Below are positions 41,101 through 51,500 of a DNA stretch of 64,000 nt, one piece after another. A model generated the notes under the pieces. It was given only the letters and a program-made list of their open reading frames with translations, was not told the DNA's origin and ran no database searches. Every line of letters starts with the position of its first letter. Position 1 is the stretch's first letter. Source of the stretch: Gordius albopunctatus (taxonomy: Eukaryota); the NCBI GenBank assembly GCA_964276515.1, contig OZ193909.1, forward strand, positions 3,472,001 through 3,536,000, given 5' to 3'. The position numbers and the translations under genes were made by a program.

Positions 41101-41246
41101 GTTTGGGGAGGACGTCCTAGCATTCTGGTATAAGTTCGTATTTGAAGCTGCCATGGTGTTTGGAGTTGCTTTTTACAGCCGGCTTCCGACCTGATGCCAA
41201 CCCTCCACTTTTTCCACACGGACTTGGGACCGTCGTTGGTAGTGTT
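38161..41246 (-). mobile_element. Full-length RTE-clade LINE (APE+RT), inactivated, subfamily 1
   Basis: APE: SWNVGTL, ACLQETRW, GADFNGHVG, QVDYIL. RT: QFGFVAGKST, FIDLEKAYD, GLHQGSALSP, YADD, LLYGSETW, RLRWYGHV. One frameshift near 39790 and one stop at 38872-38874. 17-bp TSD ctagcaattaaattagt at 38144-38160 and 41247-41263. Confidence 0.96.
41195..41246 (-). ncRNA. Twister ribozyme (P1 type) core at the 5' end of the minus-strand RTE
   Basis: The minus strand reads AA CACT AC CAACG ACGG TCCCAAGT CCGT GTGGAAAA AGTG GAGGG TTGGCA: P2 CACT/AGTG, P4 ACGG/CCGT, pseudoknots AC/GT and TCCC/GGG, and the conserved AA and GAGGG. Confidence 0.85.
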
Positions 41247-41448
41247 CTAGCAATTAAATTAGTATATTGTATAAATAAAATCAGCATACAAAAATATCAT
41301 AAATTTTATTATTATATTTAAGCCCTAAACTTTGTACTATTTTAAAGTTAAAATTTGAAATGTTGATTGATTGAGCCTATAGTGTAAGTAAAATAAAAAT
41401 ACAAAATTGCAAAACTTTAATTATGGTTACGAGATAATTTAAGTGTTT

Positions 41449-41500
41449 AACACTACCTACGACGGTCCCAAGTCCGTTTGCAAAAAGTGGAGGGTTGGCG
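41449..41500 (+). ncRNA. Twister ribozyme (P1 type) core at the 5' end of the plus-strand RTE
   Basis: T|AA CACT AC CTACG ACGG TCCCAAGT CCGT TTGCAAAA AGTG GAGGG TTGGCG has the same stems and conserved residues as the twister consensus. Confidence 0.87.
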
Positions 41501-44500
41501 TCAGGTCGGAAACCGGCTATAAAAATCAACTCCAAAACTATGATAGTTTCAAACAGGATTTTACAAGAAAAGGCTAGGGCGTCCTCCACAAACGACGCGC
41601 ACTGCTTACCCCGCCCGTGCAATGTGAAAAATACACTAGGGTTACTGCCCAACTCACAAGGAAGGCGGTTAAGGAAACTATTTGTGGAAAGAATGGGAAG
41701 TACGTGCTGGAATGTGGGAACGTTGACGGGAAGAGCATCGAGGTCGCACAGATGCTAAAAAGAAGAAAGTTACACATCGCCTGCCTACAAGAGACGAGGT
41801 GGAACGGAACGAAAGCTCGGGAATTAGGAGAAGGATACAAGCTTTTCTACAGTGGGTCATCAAATCGTAGAAACGGGGTCGGTATCGTTCTAAGTGAATC
41901 GTTCAAGGACAAGGTGGTGGAAGTAAAGCGTTGTTCCGACAGGCTAATGTGGGTGAATATTGCAGATCAAGGGGGCCTCCTAACCGTTATGTGCGCGTAT
42001 GCCCCCCAAATTGGATGTTTGGAATCAGAGAAAGACATATTCTTCGATTCACTGGAAAAGGAAATACAAGGAATAGGACAGGAAGAAAGGCAAATTATTG
42101 GAGCAGATTTCAACGCTCACGTTGGGAAAGATCGCCTCGGGTATGAACGCAATCATGGAGGCTATGCGCATGGTCTGAAGAACAAAGAAGGGGAAAAACT
42201 TCTCCAAGTATCCCAAGCATATGACATGGCGATCGTTAACACCTATTTTCAAAAGCGCGAAGATCATATTGTGACCTATAGAAGTGGGAAGCATTTTAGT
42301 CAAATCGACTATTTGCTTATACGGCGAAAGGACTTATGGAGTATCAAGGATTGCAAAGTGATACCGGGAGAAGAAATCGCCAGGCAACATCGTCCCCTTG
42401 TTATAGATCTTGACAGAAGAGTATTTACCGAAAGAAGAAAGTTCTATGAACCTCGAATTCGATACGAAAGGCTAAAGGATACGTCGACGAACAAAGAATA
42501 CCATCAAAAAGCCTGCTCACTCTTGGGTGCAAGGAAGTTGCAAAGGGACGTAGACGGCGATTGGAAGACGCTATCTAAGGACATTAAGGAAACAGCGATT
42601 TGTGTTCTAGGACAGACCAAAGGAGGCATAGCTATGAATAGGGAACTATGGTGGTGGTATCAATCGGTTAAAGATTTCATCGAAAGAAAGAAAAATCTAT
42701 ATAGACGGTGGCATAAATCAAAAAAGTCGGAGGATTATCAAGAGTACAGGTACGCAAAGAGGGTCGCAAAAAAGGCCGTTGCAAAAGCGAAGAATGCCGC
42801 GTACACCGAGATGGCAAACAAACTGGATCATAAAGGGGGCGATAGGCTTATGTACAAATTGGCCAAGATAAGGGAGAAGAAAAGTCGCTATGTCGGAGTT
42901 CTTAAAATAGTCAAAAGCGAGAAGGGTCAAACCTTATTCAAGCCGAAAGAAGTGATGGAAAGGTGGAAAGGATATTTTAAGAAACTTATGAATATTGCAA
43001 ACGACAAGGATTCCCTTCCCGAAATTGAGCCAAATATAAATATGGTCGAACTCTTTCAGGAGGATGAAGTAAGAACACAAATGAGCAAGATGCAAAAAGG
43101 AAAAGCAAATGGTCCAGATGGAATACCTGTGGAAGCATTGCTCGGATGTCGTGAAGAGGGAGTCACCACCATGACGAACCTCCTTAACAAGATATTGGTA
43201 GAAGAGAAGAGCGAATCCCTAATCAATGGAGAGGAAGAACGATTATACCATTATTTAAAGGCAAAGGCGACCCTCAGGACTGCGGCAATTACAGAGGTAT
43301 CAAGCTAACTTGCCACTTCTTGAAGCTTTTGGAAAGGATCTTAGTAACAAGGCTGAAAAGAGAGGTGGAAATATCGGCTAATCAATTCGGATTCGTGGCC
43401 GGCAAATCCACAATCGACTCAATCTTCACCCTGAGACAAATGATGGATAAGTATGGTGAAAAGAGGAAAGACCTACATATGGTTTTTATCGACTTGGAGA
43501 AAGCTTATGACACGGTCCCCCGCGACTTAATATGGTGGTGCCCGAGGAAACAAAATATCACTGACGCCTATGTACGGCTTATGAAAAATATTTATGAAGC
43601 TTCAAACTCTTGCGTTAGGAAGACAGTTGGAGACTCTAAAACTTTTCGGGTTAATATTGGATTACATCAAGGCTCTGCTTTAAGTCCCTTTTTATTTAAT
43701 ATAATTATAGACACGATAACGAGGGACGTTCAAAGGCCTTCGCCATGGTGTATGCTATATGCCGATGATATAGTACTATGCGAGGAAACAAGAGAGAAAG
43801 TATTCGAAGAAGCCGAAAAATGGTCAAAGCGCTTAGCTGGATATGGTTTAAAGGTCAACGATAGAAAAACGGTATACATGGAAATGAACGGTACAGGCAC
43901 CCCATCGCTGGATGACCATCTAAAGTACCCAAAAGTAGACAGGTTCACATACCTCGACTCGATGCTACATCAAGAGGGAGGTTGCACAACAGAAGTCAAT
44001 GCCCGGATCCAAAAAGGATGGCTTAAATGGCGATGTATATCCGGTGTAATGTGCGACAAGAAAATTCCAACATGGTTGAAGAGCAAAGCTTACAAATCCA
44101 TCGCTAGACCGGTGTTACTCTATGGAAGTGAAACATGGGCCTTAAACACCACGGAAGGAAAGCTATTACAAGTTACAGAGATGAGAATGATACGGTGGAG
44201 CTTGGGGTATACTATGGTCGACCATATGACGAATTACTTTCTCATGACAAAGATGGGTATTCAATCTATAGCGGACATGATTAACGAAAATCGGCTAAGG
44301 TGGTATGGTCATATACTAAGGAGGGATACGGATGACGTAAATCAAAAAGGAATGGACATGGAGGTACCGGGGAAGAGAGGAAGAAGACGACCCCGTGTCA
44401 CGTGGAAAGAGCAAGTCGATAAAGTTATGGAAACTAAAGAGATTAGTTAAGACATGGCACTCACCCGGTCAAGATGGAAGAAACTTATCAAAACAAACAC

Positions 44501-44543
44501 CACGAATGTAGGACCAAAATAACTGATAAAGAAGAAGAAGAAG
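41449..44543 (+). mobile_element. Full-length RTE-clade LINE (APE+RT), inactivated, subfamily 2
   Basis: ORFs 41495-41758, 41617-43308 and 43320-44450 join across frameshifts near 41730 and 43210. YADD motif present; (GAA)n tail at ~44530-44543. No TSD found. Confidence 0.96.
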
Positions 44544-45075
44544 GTTGAACGTTGTTTCTTAAAATTTAATTTAAATAAAAATAATTTTACCGGTACGTAC
44601 GCCCCGCAGCTTTAAACAAATTAGGTAGCTTTCTGTCTCTATGGACTCATTCTATGCAAAGATAGCAAAACATTTGATGACCGAGCACTAGATCTTCGGC
44701 AAAACGGACTCTATTTGGCTTAATACTTTACTTGTTCCACTGTTTTCGCCCGTATTACCAAAACAATCCTCGCTTTTGCCGAGAACCTGGAAATGTCAAA
44801 ACCATTGGCAAAATATTTTAAATTACGGAAGCTTATTCCTTTGCTCTTTCCTTCCCTATCTTTTTTAATGAGACTGAAAATTGCTAGAAATTTACATGCT
44901 GAATTTTTTTTCCAATTAATTAGAACATTTTTTTTACTTTTATAACAAAAATCCTGTATGATGTACATAATAATTATCGAATTCAATTATATTTTATTTA
45001 TATTAAACATTTTCCCTTAATTTATTATAGCGTAACTGGGGGCCCTCCGTTGAGTGGGGGGGGGGGTCAGCCCGC

Positions 45076-45331
45076 AAAGTACAAATATTAATAATAACAA
45101 TTTATTAGTTGAGTAAAACGAGCTGAAGTACAAATATATATAATAACAATTAATTAGTTGAGTAAAACGAGTTAAAGTACAAATATTAATAATAACAATT
45201 TATTAGTTGAGTAAAACGAGCTGAAGTACAAATATTAATAATAACAATTAATTAGTTGAGTGAAACGAGCTGAAGTACAAATATTAATAATAACAATTAA
45301 TTAGTTGAATAAAACGAGCTGAAGTACAAAT
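45076..45331. repeat. ~48-bp tandem repeat, ~5 copies
   Basis: Units of aagtacaaatattaataataacaatt.attagttgagtaaaacgagctg. Confidence 0.95.
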
Positions 45332-45545
45332 TTTATTTGAAAATTATACAAATTAAAGTCATAATGCAAAATTTTATGCAAATTTATTCATTATTTATAT
45401 TGGCGAGTAAGCTTTAATATATATTTGACTTATATTAAATATAATTATATCGATTTAAATCATTGGAAATTATTAAAAAATCACCTATTAAATTTTTTGA
45501 TATTTTGTTAACATTCCAAATTTTGCTTAAAATTTATTTCTATAT

Positions 45546-48500
45546 GATGAAGTCAACTTTGCGCTAACGAACGAACAATTTAATGACAATTTCAATGGGT
45601 GTCCTGTTGGAAATTATGGTATTAATTGCTCCCAAAGTAAAATATTTTATAATATGATCATAATATAAAACACCTTTAGTATTTCAATGAAAAAGTTAAA
45701 ATAAGTCATAATATTTTGATTTAAACCTAACTCAATATAAAAAAATCAAATCGTTTTTATTACCTTCCAAATTGGATATTTAAACTTTAAGAGAGAATAT
45801 ATTCACGTTTTGCAGAACAGATTGAAACCATCAATTCTTTTTAAACAAATTATAAAGGATTCATCTCATTGATTTTATTATAGGATATTAATTCCTAATA
45901 AATTTTTTTGGATTAAAATGTAAAAGTACTAAAAGGCTTTCATTAGTTAGTAATATTTAAACGTTTCGAAAATTAGCCCACATGCTGATTGTAAGCCTAA
46001 AACTACACATCTAATTCCACTAAATAATGCCTCATAATCTTAATACTATATAAATTAACTAACACTTAACGTTAATAATAACTTTGATAAAATAGACAGT
46101 TAAAAAATGTTAAATACTTTCAATAAAACACATTTATACAAAGACATATGCTTATTAACAGATTGTTCGTGTAACTTGAAAGGCTCATTTGGTGAATGTG
46201 ATTTTTATGGTTGGTGCATATGCCATGATAACTATTTCGGATACAATTGCCAAAACGGTTATAATAATTATGACACAAAATATATTAATTTCCAATTTAT
46301 CAGTTATGTTATTTATGAATTGGCTATCAAAAAATTGATTTAGAATTTAGAAAATTTTCTTCTTCTTTATTAAGTATTTTATCTCACTGTCGTCGGTTTT
46401 TTTTGATGGTTTTATTTATCTTGATCGGGTAAGGGCCATGTCTTGGTTAATATTCTTATTATTCATAACTTTGTCCACTTGTCCTTGCAATGAGACACGA
46501 GGGTCCTCTTCCTCTCTTTTCCGGTACCCCTATGTACAGTACTTTTTGAATACATCATTCGTCTTCCTTCTTAGTATGTGCCCATCTTTTTTCGATAAGT
46601 CCGTCATAGGTTGAATATCCATTTTCGTCCTGATAAACATATGGTGGAGCTTAGTATACCCAAGGCTCCACCATATCACTCTCATCTCCGTGGCCTGCAC
46701 CAACTTTTCTTCTGTGACGTATAGTGCCTCTGTAAAGTAACCCCAATCTTACGATAGATTTGTAAGCGTTGTTATTCAACCATAGTGGCATTTTCTTGTC
46801 GCAAATTACACATTTAAGCCATCCTTTTTGAATCCGGGCATTTACGTCTGTTGCGTAACCTCCCTCTTAATTTTCTTCATGGATAAGTTATCGGGAATTG
46901 TTGAGGGAGTTAAAAAAATATTATAATTAATATGATATTTCGTTTTCATAGAAAACATCATCAGATGAGTAAAATAAATTTAGGTAAAATAGAATATAAA
47001 TAAAATAGAATATATGCATCGAGTCGAGGTATGCAAACCTATCTACTTTTGGTTACTTCATATAATCATCTAATGATGTGGTGCCTGTAACCTTTATCTC
47101 CATATACACCATTTTTATATTGTTGACCTTTAAACCATATTCAGCTAAGCGCTTTGACCATTTTTTGGCTTCTTAGAATACTTTCTCCTTTGTCCCTTCG
47201 CATAGTAATATATCATCGGCATATAACATACAGCAGATGGCTTATGAATGTCTCGTTATCAATATCATACACAATTATATTGAATAAAAACTATTTAAAG
47301 AAGATCCTTGATGTAATCCAATTTTAACCTAAAATGGTTTAAACCGCTCCTTTGATTTTCATTTTTTTAGAAGGTACATGAAACAAAATCATATTTTTTT
47401 ATCAAAACGTTTATTTATATTATATGATCTAGAGACCTGCATCGGGCCTGTTTAGGTCAGTCGGCCCGCCCGTAATAAAAGTTTAAAAGCCCGGCCCGGG
47501 CCCCTCAAAATATTAAATTATAAGCCCGGGCCCGGCCGGCTAATTTTATACAAGGCCCGAGCCCGGCCTGAGTTCTTAAAATTTTTTATTTTTATATTTT
47601 TAATTTTTTTATCGATATGGCAAACAATATGTTTGTGTTAAAAATGTTAATAAAAATAGCTTAAAAAGAAAAAATTGGTAATTCCCGGTCACTCGATTCC
47701 TTCTATCTTTTAAGAAACGACCTACATGGAAATTTTTTTTACGAGTGGCACTTCAGGATACATAAAACCAAATATAAGCCAAATAAACGTGTAAAACCCT
47801 TATTTTAGGTTATAATGTTTCAATAAAACTACTTAGCTTCTTTGCTTTGCCACCATTTTAAATAATTGGGTTATTGATATAAAATGAGAAAACAGTGATA
47901 AAAGTAACTTGAGGAAATTAGTTTTAGAATTTGTTTTTAAATTTATTAATGATAAGGCATTTGGCCGGGGTCAGATAAAGTATAGGTTAGCAACGGTCAG
48001 AATTGATTTGCAGGGAATTATTTAGCCAGTTTCGCATTCAACCGTTATAAATTAACAACCTAGACAAATTGCCAAAATAATTTTATTAATAAGGGTAATC
48101 CGTCAGGCACAAAAACAATAGTGGAATTTGAGCTTAGGCGAGGTCAAAAAAAGTAAAGTCAATCAACGGTCAGCTAAATAAAAGTCTTTAACAGAAGCAT
48201 AAGTCCACGTCATTAAAAACCAGGACGGATAACTAAAAGAGAGCCCATAAATTGTATAGCAATTAATATAAATAATTTTAAATAATATTAAAATAATTCA
48301 CTCAATATTGCTAGAGGGTATAAATGGGGAGGCAAATATGGACAGCTGCACTCCTCCAAATCCAAAATTCCTGATGAAAAGAACATTTTTTGCCCTTTTT
48401 AAAAGGCCCCCCTCCAATTAAAATTAGCTCCGCTCATGGGATCACGTGTATAAATTATCTTTAACATTTATAATGCGTGTTGAGCTATTGATAAATTAAT

Positions 48501-51500
48501 GAACTAGGATGAAAACAAAGTTTAACTTTCCTTTTTAATTTAATATGCATAAAATAATTACAAATTAGAACATTATAAAAATACCTTCTTTTATACTAAA
48601 TCTAATTAATTTTTTAGGGGCTTTTAACGAGCCTTATGTATAACTAGACCCGGCCCGAGCCCGTTACGTTATATATCGGCCAGTCCAGGCCCTGCCCGTT
48701 GTTTTATTTTTAAGCAGAAGCCCGGCCGGCGGGCCGGGCTTTATAATCTATCAAAATATTTATAATCTTCGGATGTTTAATGTTTCAAATGATTAGATGA
48801 AATATGAACATAAAACTCGGCTCAACATTTAATAATGAATAAATTTAAATTAAATAAAATAATATTTTATTAAATTTTAATTAACAAATATTATTAATAT
48901 TTAAAAAATAATATAATATATATATTAAATAAAAGGAGCTACTCCCGCGCCGGCTCCTCATTTTTAAAAAGGAGGTGTTTTAGAAAAAATGTACCGTTCC
49001 TTAACAAAACTGATAATAATAATAATAAAATTCTGAGCTAGACTCATATGCAACAAATTTCAATGTTTAGTGAGTGAATGTCCATCTAAAAAGGTGAATC
49101 CAATCGGACTGTGCATTTGTCAGGATTACGTCATTGGGAAACGCTGCAACCGAAGTAAGTAACTTCTAAACCTATTTACTATGGCATAAACCAAGGATTT
49201 GACAAAATAAAAATGAAATGTATTTTTGGGGCAATTACAGAGTGCGTTCGGCATCAAACACTACGGACTCGTAATGGATACTGCGTTTGCAAAGATGGAT
49301 TTTATGGTGATTTGTGTGAATCGGGTATAGAAATTGGCGCAAGTCGTTCCTATTGAGTTATTTGAGTTTTAAATAGAAACTATTGAAATATAGGTGATAT
49401 CGAAATCTTACTTCTACGGTGTTTTAAGAAGAATATTGCAAATAATAATTAAATGACATTATTTATAAGTGAGTCAAAAATTTAGATATAACTTATGTAA
49501 GAAATTCAAGTCACTGTTAATATTTCAAAACTTATATTGAACGTAGCAATTTATATTTGGGTATGGAAGATAGATATATTTATGATTCTAATCAAGATAT
49601 TAATAAATTTAACATTATCGCGCTTCCAATCCATTTAAAACAAAGCAACATAGAGTTAAAAGAGGCTTAAAGAAAGTAGATCATAAAATTAGTATACCTG
49701 TTCTTTAATAAAGGCAGTAATCATAATTATTTAAAATATGAAACTTTATTCCAATTTTATATTTAAAAATCTTTTTTTAGCTATAACTAAATCATAGAAA
49801 AATATCTATATATAAATTCTAAAATTCCCGACTTTATCAAATCCTTAAATTTAATGATTAATTCCGTTTTTTGTTATTACATTTTACCAGGGACGAATAA
49901 AATATAACAATATTGTTAATATTACCCGTCACAGCATCTTATATAGCTTGCTAATAATCATTCTAAGATTAATCTAAACTAAAAATTAGATTATATTTGA
50001 AAATTGGAACCCATCATGTTGAGATGTATGTGATTATCGATTATTATTTCGAATGATTTTCACATGTTTATAATATTTTTTATTTTAACTCCGACATTTT
50101 AGAAGCTTACAGTTTGGAAATTTAACAAAATTTCCTTCAATAGATATTAATGACTTTTTCATCAATTTTTTTATGAAAAATTTTTAGTTTCTAGATTTAA
50201 AGTTTAAGATAAGAATAAATGACTTAAAAGGTCTGGGTCCCCTTATTAAATTATATCAAAAATTGAAAAATTCAATAATCATATCTTAAGTTCATCTTTA
50301 ATTTAATTGTTAGTTTGTAGTTGTACGCATTTGAAAAATGGAAACAAATGCTCTCGGATAGGCGAATGCAAATGCCCAATCGGCAAATGTGGAAGCAAGT
50401 GCAGTTCAAGTATATATATATATATATAATTTTTATATATAAGATTTAGTCTTTGTTTTAATAAGTTTCATCCATCTTGACGTTATGAAATTATGTTTAA
50501 TCATTATCCTATATATATATCGCGTGTGTTATTTAACTATTTTATTATTATGGACATGTCTAGGGGTGCCTATCCCCCCTCTTTTAATTGCTATGCATTT
50601 CATGGTTAATACATATTATTATATATTAAGCCAAATGAGGATTAAAATTTAAAAATATCATCAGTATGCATCTCAGTTAATCATGAGCATCTTCTTTGCA
50701 TCCCCATTTGAGTAAAATCTGACTTAGCCCATCATAAATTCCACCTTAACTACTCTCTATTACCAACTTATTTTTTTATAATAAATTTTTGAATACCAAA
50801 TTTTCAATGATTAAAGCAATAAATGATCAAAACATCCTACCTTAAAAATTCATTTTCAGTGATAAGTTAATTTAAAAAATGAATTTTTTAACACTCTCTG
50901 TGTTGTAATTTCAGGAGTTCTCTAGGTACACCTCTCAATCATTGATTTAAATTTTACAGCATATTTATTTAGGGGGAAGAATTTTATTGTGATTTCAGTA
51001 GTAAAATATATAATTCAATTTACTCCTCATTTTTAAATTCTACCATTTTTACATCTTAAACCCATAGTCACATATTTTAAATGACTACTTCATAAATTTA
51101 TTCTTATATAATTTCAGTAAATAGAGAGCCATATTTTTATTTAAGATAAACATTTTTTTACCGAATTGCACATCTTCTGTAATTTTAAATGCAAAGAGTA
51201 ATAATTTTCAACCGTTAATAGATTGTAAATGCCATGAACGCAATTCTAAATCTGCCGAATGCGATAGTAGGGGCTGTGATTGCAAAACAGGGTTTTATGG
51301 CAACGATTGCAGTAAAGGTATTGGTGAATGTCATTTATATAAAAAATAAATAAATAAAGCTCGCTTGTTTTGCTATAAAATTAGATAATACAGATTGGCA
51401 AAACATTTGACTAGTGATGATTATGTTTTAATACGTATTAATGATGAACACATGAAGTCTGGTTTAACATGTTTTATAAATTAGGGCTTTGTAAAGATTG

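Larger units (their letters stand above)
36857..43124 (+). repeat. Segmental duplication, copy 1 (copy 2 at 57733-64000, offset 20,876)
   Basis: The ORF track is identical at +20,876 apart from one substitution (D/E in ORF 38122 vs 58998). The left junction is at taagccgttgctataacc. Confidence 0.97.

Noticed and set aside
44541..44550. Shared GGTTGA after the RTE tails at 44543 and 52796 as a target-site preference
   Set aside because: Only two cases and six bases, partly overlapping the tail or TSD; not distinguishable from chance.
45076..45331. Regular short repeats, here and at 34262-34664 and 37170-37650, as CRISPR arrays
   Set aside because: The units are tandem with no unique spacers, there are no cas genes, and the context is eukaryotic.
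46921..46970. Hammerhead-like CTGATGA-stem-GAAA on the minus strand
   Set aside because: Stem II (GTTTT/AAAAC) exists, but stem I cannot be formed and stem III is only AT-rich chance pairing.
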